Assembly: GCA_034780895.1 (NCBI GenBank)
Contig: JAUZTB010000087.1
Span: forward strand, 100,366,986 to 100,430,985
Reading direction: 5' to 3'
Length of the DNA stretch: 64,000 nucleotides
Origin: Rhynchobatus australiae
Lineage: Eukaryota
The stretch's first letter is position 1, and each line of letters begins with the position of its first letter. The position numbers were made by a program, and so were the translations under genes. Under the pieces are notes generated by a model. It was not told the origin of the DNA, made no database searches, and saw only the letters and a list, made by a program, of their open reading frames with translations. Below, piece by piece: positions 1 through 14,100 of this stretch.

Positions 1-789
1 CATAAGATGGGAGCAGGAAGGCAGAATCAAGCAATTTCCAAATGATGTTTGAATGTTTAAAAACAACACTAGTTTTATTTTAAAACCCGAACATTGGTTT
101 TCCTAACTTCAGCAGCTTCTGAGTACATTTCTTTGGAGTCAAGTTATTAAATTAAATACAAAGTTGGAGAAAGTGCTGCCAATGCATAGCACTTTTCCCA
201 TCTCTGAGTTGCATTAACAATAAATCTCTATCAAATGGCACCTGAGCTAGAGCAATTCAATTTTTTTATATCAGAGATGCAATAGCAAGAAAATTGAGGG
301 GAAGGAAATCATTTCACAATTTGTATTAATAGCCATGTAAACTCTGCATATGTGTGACTTCTGGAATTCTAAGTATTGTTTAACATTTGGCATAGACAAG
401 CTGATTGAATGTACTGATTAAATTTGTACATTTATCCTTCATGAGATTAAATCTTTTTTTCTCTCTCTCTGCTTGAATTAATGGTCAAGATCAGGTGGGT
501 TTTGCTGGCAGTTCCATGGTGAACTGACAGCATTTGCCCACTTAATGACAGGAAGTTTGGTACTTTGCATGTAGGTCTGATCACAAGTCCCAATCTTGCT
601 GACAGATTCTAGTGGTGGATCTGTCCCTACTCTGTTCTTGGCTCTGAACTTGCAGGAATTTCCCCCATATTTAAGCTGGGGAATCTTTTTACAAATGGAG
701 CTGCAAGCCCATCCATTTGAAAAGAGATTTTATGGCTTGATGAAGAAAGGTAAAAATAAATTAAGTTGCATTTTATTCATAAATAATTG

Positions 790-1390
790 TAGAAACGTAC
801 AGCACAAATGAGCCCATGAAACATCTTGTCTATGCCAACCATATTGCCTATACCATTTGCTGCATTAGGCCCATATCCCTCTACTCAACAAGTAACTGTT
901 TAAATGCCTTTTAAACATCGCTCAGATTAAACTCCAATTGTCATTTCTCCTCAATTTTCCAGTTGATCAACGTCCCATTGTCTTTTAAACAACTTTCTTT
1001 GTTATCTACAACTCCACTTATCGTGTCATCTGCAAACTTGGTCTAATCATATGCCCTGCATCCTCATCCAGGTCATTTATATCTGTATTAAAACAACAAA
1101 AGGTCCCAGCACCAATCCCTGTGATACACAATTTGTTATGAATTTCCAGTTGGGGAAACATCCTTCATCACTACCCCCCTCCACCTGCTGTCATCCAGCC
1201 AATTTGGATCCAATTCACCAACATGCTTCGAATCTCTTGGTTAACCTTCAGGGCCAGTCTACTATGAGGGACCTTGTCAAAAGCATGGCTAAAGTCCAAA
1301 TAGATAACATCTACAATACTGCTTTCATTAATCTCCTTGGTTACTTTTTTTTAAAAAAACCTCAATCTGATTTGTAGACAAACTTGTGTT
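790..1390 (-). mobile_element. CR1 LINE fragment (RT remnant plus 3' end)
   Basis: Reverse strand gives degenerate D.AKAFDKV, G.SQGLVLGP and KFADD motifs and a CR1-type 3' tail. Confidence 0.75.
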
Positions 1391-2042
1391 TTGAGGTAAT
1401 TTTGTTTTTAAATTGTACCTGCTCAAATGCTAAGTTTTGAATGCTTCTGAATGTCAAGAAAATTTCAGAAGCATCAGGAAAAATGACAGCTTGATGGATA
1501 GTGAAAGTGCAGCTGTGGCTTTGGTGCTGCTGTTTATCAAAGATTTTCTTAGCTGTTTGAAGGGCACAACTTGTCCTAGTTTGTCTGTGTGACCCTGATT
1601 ACATAATGCGTGCTTTACCAGCTTTCTGCAGGAGGCTTTTGTTGGTCCATACTCCTCTTTGAATAGCAGAAGGTAATGTAAGCTGCACATCGAGATCTGG
1701 GCCTATGTTTCCCTTATTCTGATTCACACTTAATATAGCTATGCAAATACGAGATAGCTATTAGAAGGAGCAGTGGTTGTTTCTTTCTCTCCAAACTTCA
1801 TTCTCCTCACCTGTCCAGGGATAGAAGCCATTTACATTCACTGCTGCTGGCAAGTCCTGTGATCTTGTTTGGCGAGTACCTGACACAAAAATAAGAAATC
1901 TAGCAATTAGTTTGCAGGATAAACTTTAAATGCCTTTTACTCATCTTGAAGATTATAGGATTTAATTGTTGCATCTATATTGTGTGTTTATTCAATGTGT
2001 CTTTTTGGCTTTTTATAAATTATTTGGGCACTTCCTTCTCAG

Positions 2043-2177
2043 AAATGCAAGAAAATAGTCGAGAGCAACGATGATAATGAATTGGGTAACAAACCACATG
2101 TCTCTGAAGAGGATGAACCATTCAGTAATCAACCAATTAAAGTTAATGAACTGAAACCCATTTCTTTCAGCTTGAAT
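2043..2177 (+). CDS. SON: SON exon (KCKKIVES...NKPHVSEEDEPF...KPISFSLN)
   Basis: cttccttctcAG acceptor, GTAAGT donor, 135 nt, phase 0/0; matches the SON KCKQIAQSKEDD..NKPHVSDEEE segment. Confidence 0.92.
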
Positions 2178-5100
2178 GTAAGTAATTTATACATTAATGG
2201 AACCCAATCACAGGTGGTTTAATTTGTGTTTCCTCTGTAATTATCTACTGGGTGTAATAAATTTAGATGAATGCTCAACAGCTAAAAGTAAAATCAGCCA
2301 TGCACAATTAGATCTTGGGTTCACTTCTCTAGCAATGGTTAAGGTGTTCCCAGACAAAAATAACATTGGCATTCTAGCAGTTGGTTTCTAGAGACCTGTG
2401 TTATGTATCAGTTTTTGATCCTAATCATTGTTCTGTGAATCCATTGTAAAGTGGACACATGAATGATAAGTGAAAAGACTATTGCCTTTGGGCTAGGTCT
2501 ACTGCCATCTATGATTGATTGGCCTGCTGCTTTAATGAATTTGAATGTAATGAAGAGTTTCATTAATGGAACTTTAAGGCAGCCAGTGCCCCATAAATCA
2601 ATTTTCTGCAAAATGTGATACCTCAGTAAACCTGGAAAATTTGGGAATGATGAAAAATATGAATATAATAACAAATTCCAGAACAGAGTGATACAACCCA
2701 GAAGTAGAAGGTCCCCAATTCTTGAACTTCTAAACAATGTAATTATGGATAATCTTTGCACATAATATATAAATACTCTGAGAATTTTATCCTGATGGTG
2801 ATATTGGAACAAGAGAGATGCTCTTTATCCCTTTTGAGCCTGTTTGCTGTTCTGAGAGATTATGGCTGAACTATGGCCTAACAGTATACCAGTCTTTTTC
2901 CCCATGTCACTTCATATTTATCAAATATCTTGCTCTTGAATTTAAGGTTAACATTTGACCAAGTATTTTGTGAAAGAGTTTCTGCTGCTACTCCATCTAG
3001 AAATAACTCCTAACTTTTGAAAGGTCTGGGCCTACTTGTCAACTATTTTCCAATGAACACAAAGTTTTTCCTCTGTGCTATCAGACTCCATCTAAGTATT
3101 CTAAAAATGTTAAATCGAATTGCCCCTTAACTGTCTAAATTTGTTGTTTAGCTTTGATTTACCTTGCTTATTTCCTTTTATACTTTTTTTTCCCGGTGGT
3201 TCTTACTGCTTGCTTTGTTAACTTTTGCCGTTCAATGTACATCTCCCAATCTTATGGATCTGTGCTAGTTATTACCTTTTTTAATTTTTGTTTTTTTGTC
3301 TTTTCCCTCTCTAATTGTCCAGTGCTTTTTGTTTTTGAAATGGAGCATTTGTTCCTTTTAGGGTACAGGCTGGTTGTGTATCATATTAAGTTCTTTCTTG
3401 AACCCTCCCAACTGTTCTATTGTGGTTTAAACATGAGCAGATTTGTCCAGAGTGCCATAGATAGTCTTGTCTCTTCACGTGGAATCGCTTGAGGCTGACT
3501 TCCAAAATCTTTGCTGCTGTTTGTTTCCATTCAGACTCCATATTGACCTTGATTTGTATTAAAATTGGAGTAGGGTGGAAGTTCACAATATATTTTGGAC
3601 TGTGAACTACTCTTGGCTCATTACTAAATAGAGTATGTCCTGTTCCTTGTTAGTTTTATGAGTAATGGGCTAGTTTGCACTGATTGCTAGCTAAAGGTTC
3701 TGTCTGGACCCATCACCTAGTTATTGTGCACTGTCAGCTACTTGAATCTCTGGTCTTGCACACTGCAGCATGGAAGTATGAAATGCACTGAAGTCAGATG
3801 TGCTTGCATCTAACCTTGCACTTGTTACCTAGACCCCTGTACTGAGTCCCGGAATGGTTTTTCATCAAGGGACTGGGTGCACTTTGTATCCGGCCCCTAA
3901 GTTTTACCAAGCCAACACTTACTTGAATATGATTTATAGATTTACTTTAAAATGGTAAGTGAAACTAAGTGGTTTGTTTTTGTTCCATTATTTTAATGAT
4001 GATTTTAATTAAATGTGGACTTTTTTTAAAAGTGTATTTCAACCGTTTTCTGAATGTCCCTGATATCAGAGATATTTGGAGATGGAAAAGACACGACAGC
4101 ATAAGCTGTCAAAGGTTATCAGGATGGTCCACTACCTGAAACCTTGTCACTGCGTATGGACTATTACACTTTGGTAACAATGACTCTTGGACATTAGAAG
4201 CTACTAGGCCAACAAAGATAAGTGGGAAACAGGAGTAGCATGAGGGTGTATTTCTGGGATGGCCTGTCTCAAATATGGTTTAGGTTATTGTTTCAGTAAG
4301 ACCCAGTAAACGAGCACCAGAAATGTCCTTACAGACATGAACTAGTGTCCTTATTCCAGTCTTCAGGAAATGTAGCCTTTACCTTCCCCTACCCCCTCTT
4401 TCCACCTTCTGCTAAAACTACCATGCCTATGCGACGTGCACACTTTCTGCAGTTGTGTATTCTGTCACTTCCACAGTTGCTTTTGGGGGCCTATACATAA
4501 CCAACTCTGATATTTTACTAGGGTTATAGTGGGTAGGATTCAGCCCTAAGCTCATTAAACCTGTGCAAGAAATTTTCAAAATTTACAAGTTAATAATCTA
4601 TGGTGTTGAATTCTACTACAAGGAAAACAGAACAACTCTAAGATTGGTTATATGTAAAATTTATGTCTACACTTTTTTTACACATTCTTTGACTTCCTGT
4701 TATGTTTTTGTCATACTTGTCACTTCCATTATAAAGTCTTCCTCCATTCATATTTCAAATTCTATCTGCCTGCTTAAAGTTGCCACTTGGTGGGAGGTTT
4801 CTTAGCTACTTTATTTCAAATATGACTTTCCCTTCCTAAAATACTAATTGGCATTTCATAATGCTTTCAATTAAATAAAAATAATTGATAGTACATTTAA
4901 AATCTGAAATGTTGTAATATGTTGTTAAGATGATTCATTAATGACCATGTTCTGCTCTATTCCCTCACTCTCCAACCCATTTTCTTCAGTGCTCCATTCA
5001 GGATTAGGGTTTCAAATTGAGTCTACCTTGCACAACCTTACTCAGCTGTGAAGGCTTGAGAGTTGGATGTGCCTTAGTGGTTGGCAGTTAGTCATCAATA

Positions 5101-8100
5101 GTGTGCCTTTTGCTTTCTTAGTGTTGTTCCCCATGTACACGTAGCAAAGCTGGTCAGTCCTAGATTACAGCCACTCTGATGCATCTGAATTATGTGCAGT
5201 GGTAATTCGCACAAATACTTGTGGTGCATTACTTTTTTCATTGGACTGGTTTCTAGTGGGTTTTTTTTTTGAAACAGTAACTGAAGATTTTATTGACAAT
5301 TATCGTAGGGTTTAAAATCAGTTATTCAAGGGATCTGTTAAAGATCTATATGGACCAGGAAGATCTTGGCTCTTTTCCATTCCCTAGTAAATTAGCTGAC
5401 TTGAGTAGCAGTGAGGTGTATATAATGATTCAAAGTTCCTGGAATAAGGAAGGAAATATGTTCATCGCACACTTCACTAGCTTGATCACTATCTTATGCC
5501 TCCTGGAAAGTGTAACTGTTGTTTATGCCAGGTTATCGATGAATCTCCTTGTCCTGGGTACCTGTGCAGATTGGGTGACTGAAAATTATGTTGGCACTGG
5601 GAGAATATTGGTGGGAGGAATAAAACTTGTAATCTTTAAATCAAAATTGTTTCTTAATATGTTTTTCTGCCATCCCCCAGAATCCAGTATTTAAACCATT
5701 GTCCAGCCACCCACAGTAGAAACCTTTAGCAGGTGCTCTGTCTGCAGCAATGAAGATTGTGGTCCAAGCTTGGTTCCAGTGAGCACATTGAAATTCATTT
5801 TGATACTGGGTTGTGTAGTTTCAGAGAAGTCCACCTGAAGCACCTGATACTCGTTATTTACTTTTCTGAAAGTACTCCTTCTATTATGACGGAGCAATGG
5901 ATCGACTACTTCAGGCTTGTTTCCCTCAAGGTTGGAAAAAAAAACGTCCAAAACTGAACCCTTCTTCAGATGTTTATTCATTACTTCCCATTTAGACTGG
6001 AATAAGTAGAAGTAGCTTATTCCAAACACAACAGTTGAAGTTGTCCCATGTTTCCCAGGAAGGATCGGTGCAGATTCCTCCCTGTTTGTAAGACACTGTT
6101 GATGCAAAAAACGTGGCATTGCACTTCAGCTAACATCAGAAGAATTAAATTTATGTTCCTGATAAAGACATACTGCTTCAGCTAGAAACATTACATGATA
6201 TGATCTGTAGTTTCCAGGTGTGTGTTTGTGCTTTATTCCTGCTGCTGGAGGAAAAATTAATTTTTTGCATATTCTTCAATATGTAATACATTTTAGCAAT
6301 TGTTTGATACTGCTAGTTTTTAGTTTTGTGTGTCTTTCATTCCAGAACATCATTTGCTGTCATCTCTGTAATAAAATTATTACACTAATATCTTGTGAAT
6401 ATAGTTTTAATTTTCTCACTCCTACCCCACTTCCTCAAAATTGCTATTCCAGGTTGGTATATAATCCACAGGTCAGCAGTCATGGTTACATAAGAAGAGT
6501 TTGAGACCTGTAAAGGCCATATACATTCTATAGCCCAATCCCAAAGTCTACAATTTATGCACCACTCTCTACCTCCAGAATGTTCTTTGTAAGGTATGGA
6601 GATGTTAGACCCTATTTTGCTCCCTCTAAGGTCAGTCACTTCAGTGCAATGTACATGTGAAGATCAAATCTACAGAGTACCTTGTTTGTCTGACCAATTA
6701 CCAATGATTATGTTTATCCACTTCCTTTTAATTTTGTCCAGATTAAAACATCAACTTTTTGATGAGATTCCTTCCTTTTCACCCAGCCATTTTTTTTGCA
6801 GCTTTCACAATTGATCTGCCTTCAGTAAAATATACCCTATCTCACATTCTCTCAACTATCAGAATGAATAGTTTTATTTAAACAATNNNNNNNNNNNNNN
6901 NNNNNNNNNNNNNNNNNNNNNNNNNNNNNNNNNNNNNNNNNNNNNNNNNNNNNNNNNNNNNNNNNNNNNNNNNNNNNNNNNNNNNNNNNNNNNNNNNNNN
7001 NNNNNNNNNNNNNNNNNNNNNNNNNNNNNNNNNNNNNNNNNNNNNNNNNNNNNNNNNNNNNNNNNNNNNNNNNNNNNNNNNNNNNNNNNNNNNNNNNNNN
7101 NNNNNNNNNGAAATCTCTACTTAAAGCTTATTATTCATTCTTAGAAATAGTTTCTTCTTTCTTTAAAACCAAAGTTTCTTCATTTGCCCCAATTTTTTCC
7201 CGCAACTCTTCCTCCTGGAAAAACCAACGAGTTGTGCCATTGCAACACATTCTTGATGGAGGTGTGACCTTCACCATCCTTTCAAATCACTGACTCAGCT
7301 CCCAAGTCCAATGTTTTACACAAAACATGATTTAGAGCACTTGCATAGATGATGATAAGTAATGGGCTACTGCTGTTCTGAGGTAATTACCAATTACTAT
7401 ACCAGTTCTACCATTCCCAGTGAGATTGACTAATTAAAATCTAGGGAATGCTTATGGGACATCCTGCTGTGCACAAACTGAATGCCACATCAGGTAATGT
7501 TCTTAGCTGCTGAACCACCAGAGCTGGGGCTATTTTATTTCACAATTTGATGTAGTCACATTTCGTATAAGCCTTCCACAAGAGTTAAAGAATATCTGCC
7601 ACAATTTCAAACTGCTGAAGAATTTTTATTCCTATTTAACAACAAATGCTGGAAGAATCTCATCTGGATATTTAAATATGATTATGTGGTTGAAATCGGA
7701 GCATGTATTAGACTCTATTTTCTACCCAATGAATTTTTCTTTTCCAATCCATTTCCCACCTAAAAATTCCTTACACTTGGTCTTGTGTGGATGACAGTGA
7801 GGTTTTCTTGGGCTTCCAATTATAATCTGCATAAATCAGTAAGGGTCTTTGAATTTAGATTTTAACAGAAGTTACCCTGGGATCTTAATCAATATATTGA
7901 CAGATGGTAAACTGGAAGGTAATTAGAATTTGTGGAACATCAGCGGGTATTGTTCTCCAGGGTGGAGGGCAGATAAATTCAACGAAAGGTTATCCAGGTA
8001 TTAATTGACTTCAAAGGACTTGCAATTTTTATGTTTCGTTAATGATTTTTTGATTAGTGAGGTTGATGTCCACATGCCTGATATTTATATAAACTGATAC

Positions 8101-11100
8101 TAAATGTACCAATGCACTTAAACATGTTTGAAAAGCAACAAATGCTGGTAACCTGGAATAAATTCTCAATGGGTTGGGTAGCATCTGTGGAGAATAAACA
8201 AAGTTAACTTTTCAGGTCTTCAGCCTGAGGCATGAACTCTGTTTCCCAATGCACAGATGCTGCCTGACCTGCAGAGTAGTTTCAGCATTTACTGTTCTTA
8301 TTTCATTCAAACGTGTCTGAGACCAGACTATTTTGGCTGAATTCTGTGCCATTTCATGTCTGAATGCAGAAATGGGTAGCCTGTTTGACCATGGATTTCC
8401 TTTTCACAAAGTGTTTTTTGACTGCCTTTTTCAACAAGCTTCCCCAAACAGGGAACAGAATAAAAAATTTTGTGTCCACCACATTTTAATTCTCATCAGT
8501 TCCCTCAGCATCCATAAGGAGAGAAACTACATTAAAGTTTCAGATTGATGAATTTTCAGAAAACTGATGAAATTTTGATTTAAAATAAAATCATTGACTT
8601 GAAACATTAATTCAGTTTCTTTTTCCGCAGATGCTGACTGAATTGCTGAGCATATCCAGCACTTCGATTTATCTCAGATTTCTGGCATCTGTATTTTGTT
8701 TTATTTTCAGATTAAGAACATCTTTTGTTTAATAAAATAAATTCTAATTTGAAAAGAACAAAATAATATGTGGCCCTTCAATTCCTACATATCTGAGGGT
8801 GATTTCAATACAAAGGATGAATTGAGCATGAAATGAGTTACATCTGTAGCACTTTGAAGCTATTTAATCCTCCAAACTATCAATCAAGTAACCTTTTTAA
8901 CAATATATTAAGGAAATCAGTTGATTGTAATATTTTGACAAATATTTATGTGCATAGACCCTGCATAAATGATCAGTTGTTGTAAATAAATTAGCAGTTT
9001 GTTATATTCCAACATTATTTTTACTGAAAGTTTCTTGTTCCATGATGATTTTAGTATAGTTCAATATTGGGAATTATCTACAAATAAGATTCACTATTCA
9101 AGTAATAGATATTGCAATAAAGTCATTATCACTAGAAAATTGATTACCCTCGCACATTACAAAACCAGAATACTGTGGACGGCTGAAGTATAAACACATT
9201 GCTGGAAATACTCAGCAGTTAAAATAGCATTTGTGAGAAGCAAACTTAAATTTCCAAGTTGATGACTTGTTAGATCTGAAATAATAACACTGTTTTTCTT
9301 GGCATCTGTATCTGGCAGGTCAGGTAGCATTTCCTAACTGTTTCTGTTTCTCTCAGTTGTTAATCGAAAAACATGATTATCTCTGGTAGACAGAATAAGT
9401 CTCTGTCCTGCCCGTAGTGAACGGCCTTGGTTGTGGTGGCGTTCTAGTTTAACCACTAAGCAACTTTGACAGTGTAAGCTAGTGGAAAAAAAAGCAGCCT
9501 GCATTACTTCAGAATGGAAAGATCCTACTTAATCAATTGTCTTGAGAAAATGACTACCTGTGTCAATGGTGGAAAATCCTATGGCCCACATGAAAATTAA
9601 AGCAACAAATTATTAAGAAATTGGTGGGCAGGTAAAAATAGTCATTGTGTGTTTCTTTTGGGGTCAGGAGAAAGATCCGTGGGGTACTTTAGTTACTACT
9701 GCTCTTTTACTAATGTATATCAATGAATTTGATTTAAAAACAATACAGCACTTTTGCAAATGATACTTGATAGTGGAATTGGAAGGAAGTAGTTCTGATA
9801 CAACAGACTGAGATGGGTAAAAGGTAGTTGAATCTTATTGTAAATAGGTGTTAAGCTGTTCATGAATGGTTTTGAGATTCAAATGGTCGGAATGGGTTAG
9901 GACTGATACGAAAAATTAAAAGAGCTGGAGTCAATTCACAGCAGTCAGCATTCAGTAGAATGTTTACTTGCATTGGTACAACAGTAGAATAGAAAAGAAT
10001 GGAGTTGGTGTTTTAAACNNNNNNNNNNNNNNNNNNNNNNNNNNNNNNNNNNNNNNNNNNNNNNNNNNNNNNNNNNNNNNCTTCAAAACATGATACCATC
10101 AACCTACAAGATGCAAATTAAATTCACTACTTCATCAACACCAGGTCATCGTCTGCAATGTAGCTTTAATTTTCGCCCTTATTTCCATTTGCCCATGCCT
10201 GCACTGATCTCATTATCATGCACATAAGGATCCATGGTATAGAACTAATGTATAGTAATATATGGTAAACTGAATTTTACTTGAAGAAAATTTTGGGTTC
10301 AAGCTCTGTTCCTGGACTCTTGCACGTAATCTAGACTGATATTGCAGCACAGCTAACTTTACTGTGTTATTGGAGGTGAATCTTTTGAATTAAACCTTGA
10401 GTCAATATGTTCTGATGGAGGAAAATGACCCCATGGCACCATGAAGAAAAGCAGGGAATATTCCTTGGCTCCTGGTCAAAATTCATCCTTCATCCATTAC
10501 AATCAAGGAGATTAATCAGTTTATCTTTGTAATTTGCTGTTTGTTCAATGCTGTTAAACATATGTAGAGATTAGCTGCTTGTTTAATTTAAAGTAACAGG
10601 CTTTACACTTTAAAAGTATGAAGAATTTATGAGATGTAAAATGGTCATTAAAGGTACTGTTTAAATGCAAGTTCTCTCTTTGTTAATCTTAATCCACTCC
10701 ACATCAAAGANNNNNNNNNNNNNNNNNNNNNNNNNNNNNNNNNNNNNNNNNNNNNNNNNNNNNNNNNNNNNNNNNNNNNNNNNNNNNNNNNNNNNNNNNN
10801 NNNNNNNNNNAATCTTAATCCACTCCACCTCAAAGAACCTTTAATAACACTGTTTAACTCCTTTCCTGGCTCAACGCATCCATGACATCCATATCTATTG
10901 ACTTTTCAACTTTCAGATTCTTCTGAAGCTTTGCCCATTACTATTTCTATAATTTATAATTGCAACCTTTCTGTTTTAATCTGACTTCTGGCGTAAAACC
11001 AAGCTTTGAAATACTTGGCATCTTTGCTTCAGTTCAGAGTTTTTCTGTTTTCTTTTTGACAAAATAGGATGTTCTTGGCTTTTCAAAACAAAAATAGCAT

Positions 11101-14100
11101 TAATCATTCATAAGCTTCTGGTCTCCAAAATAAGTTGTAACTAAAAAAAAATGAAATTCATAGCTTATACATTTGAAATTCAGTCACTGTTCCCTGTTTT
11201 TTTTTGCTATTGCTATTGTTCCCTTTTGCTATTTCCTTTTTTCAGTCTCTCTCTGCCTCCCAAATTATTCTGGTCACATCACTGATCAGTGAATTCCATC
11301 AGATATCCACAAACAATTTATTATTTTATGCACCATAGTCACATTTTGAAATGCCCTTGAAATGTGCATGGGTGATATTTAAAACATATTGCCAACCCAA
11401 TTTTATTGATATGAAAACTATACAAACAAATTCTCAGCAGGTCTTTGGGAATCAGTGACAACTGGAAAAATTAGGCCTAAGCTAATACCATTTGTAATGG
11501 CTCTACCAATGGCATTCCTATCACTAGGACCTAAGGATGGGAAGGCTGTCTCTCTCTGCAGCACACTCTCGATCTATTAGATCACTTTTTTATAATATGG
11601 TTTGATTTTGCAATCTATTCCATAACATTGTGTTGAGAAATTTCCTATGTAAAATTAATAGATAAATTCAAATTGATAGCCTCCAAGTGCTGGACAAAAA
11701 TTAACTGATTTTGAGAAAGCTTGTCGTGTATCAATCACATATCCCATTACTTTTCCTCGAGAGAGAAGTACAGGTTCCATTCAGAATTATGAATTGTGTG
11801 ATGGAGTTTGCAGTACCCTTCACCATTAAGCAAAATTCATTTTACTACACTAATAGGATTAGAGAGGTCTTCCACACAACTGTTGATTAACTAGCTTTAA
11901 AAAGGGGAATGTGTTGCCCACGCATTTCTTAAAGATTGATTTCTTAAACTGATAAAAGAGATCCCATAGTAGAGGTATCAAAAAGATAAGGTATAGGTTT
12001 AAGGTGAGATGAAGTTTTAAAGGGGTTTTGAGGGACTTTTTTTTTACACAGTTCTTGATTTCTGGAGCTTGCTGTCAGAGAAGGTGGTGGAGTCAGATAC
12101 AATCACTAGGTTAAAGAGACATTTAGAAAGGCACCTAAAAAGGCAAGGCCTGGAAGGATGCCAAATATAGAAAGTGGGATTAGGGTAGATGGGCAAGAAG
12201 GTTGGCATGGATGTGGTGGGCTAAAGAGCCCGTCTGTGCTGTACGCCTCTATGACTGAGATAATATCGAGTTGCATGTGGTCACAAATACAATTTAATGT
12301 CATAGGCTGTACAGAAAGTAGGCTTTAATTTCAGCCACAGGGACAAATCCAATATTGTCTCCCAATATGTATGATTACTACATACTATACAGCACCCATA
12401 CTTCAACATTCTAATTCTCTGTCGCAAAATGGTCAATCTGCTTGACCGACATTCAGAAGTGGATAAGCAGAAATTTCCTCCTAAACAGTGGGAAGACCAA
12501 AGTCATTGCTTCAGACCCTGCCATCCACTCTGTTCCTTAACTCCAGACTCAATCAACCTCAGTGGCAACAGACCAGGCTGTAACCTTGTGGCTTCAGAGC
12601 ACAAATCTGCTGCATCACTAAGATGTGTTGTAGTTCCATGTACAATGCCCAGCTCACTGCTGCCTTTGTTTATCTGCTGCTGAAACAAATCCCCATGCCT
12701 ATGTTACCTCTGGACATAACTCCTGGATAGTCTCCCTTGTTCTACCCGCTCTGCATTTCATCCAAAATTCTTTCGTTCATTTTCGACATCCTGTTCATCC
12801 AAGCTTGTTGATTCACTGGAGGAACAAGAGACTGCAGATGCTGGAAAATGAAGCAACATGCCGGAGGATCTCAGCAGTCCATCCACAGATGCTGGCTGAC
12901 TCGCTGAGTTCCTCCAGCATCGTGTTGCTCCTGCTGATTCACGTTGCCTCCTAGTTAAGTCGCATTTTGATTTCAAATCTATCATCTATTCTTTCAAATC
13001 CATCCATGTTATAAACCTTCCTTATTTCTGTAACCTCCTCTAGCTCTATAACTGCCCTGTACACCTCCTCTCCAAACATGGTATGCTGAATTTAGTCAAC
13101 TTCTGGCAGCTGTATTTTTAGCTGCAAAGGTTCCCGAGTTCTGGAATTTCCTTTCCAAGCCTCAGTCATTCTACTCTTCTCCTCAAAATCCCATGCTTTA
13201 ACCAAGCTTTTGGCCCAGTATGTCCTTCAGTGACTTGATCACATTTTCTTTGATAACACGTAAAATGCCCTGAGACATTTTACCACATTAAATGTGCTAT
13301 ATAAGGACAAGTTGCTCTTTTTCAAAAGATACCATTCAGAATAGTTGGGAATTGAGAACAAATATGTTTTTTTTAGTGTGCAGCATTGATCAGTTTGAAG
13401 GATTTGAAAGGAAAGAATGAACCCCATGATCAAACACTCCTTGGTTCAGAATGTTATTCCCCCCCCCAAAAAAAACTTGGTTAAACATAGTTTAAAGGGC
13501 ATTGAGAGAGGAATATTTTTTTTTCTGGCAACATTCCACAATGCCATTGTAAATCTCTGTCATAATGACCACTCTGAAAAAGAATCTACAGGAGGGAGGT
13601 GGTGATGNNNNNNNNNNNNNNNNNNNNNNNNNNNNNNNNNNNNNNNNNNNNNNNNNNNNNNNNNNNNNNNNNNNNNNNNNNNNNNNNNNNNNNNNNNNNN
13701 NNNNNNNNNNNNNNNNNNNNNNNNNNNNNNNNNNNNNNNNNNNNNNNNNNNNNNNNGGAGTAAGCTTGAGAGGCCACATCACTTACTCCCTTTTTTACTT
13801 ATATGAAATTTTCATGAAGAATATTCTTCCAAAATGTTTATGCTCTTTCAAGCAATGGACCAGCATTTATTGCAGACGTCTGCTGTTTGATGGACCTGTC
13901 CTTGGCTGTTCGATTTCCCTTAGCGTGGGCACTGCAGGTTGTAGTTAGTGGAAGATGGATGCTATGCAGCTCCCTCTATAGGACAACCAAGAACTGCACA
14001 AGAGTTTAGGCCCAGTGGCTGAGAAATGTGTGTGTGGCTTTGTTTATTTCAGTGCTATGCAAGTGAAAATGCCCTTTCCCAAGAGTGAAATGTGATAACA

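Noticed and set aside
5293-6119. 133-aa and 142-aa ORFs in the SON intron
   Set aside because: No recognisable motifs or convincing splice context; a blastx search would be needed to rescue them.
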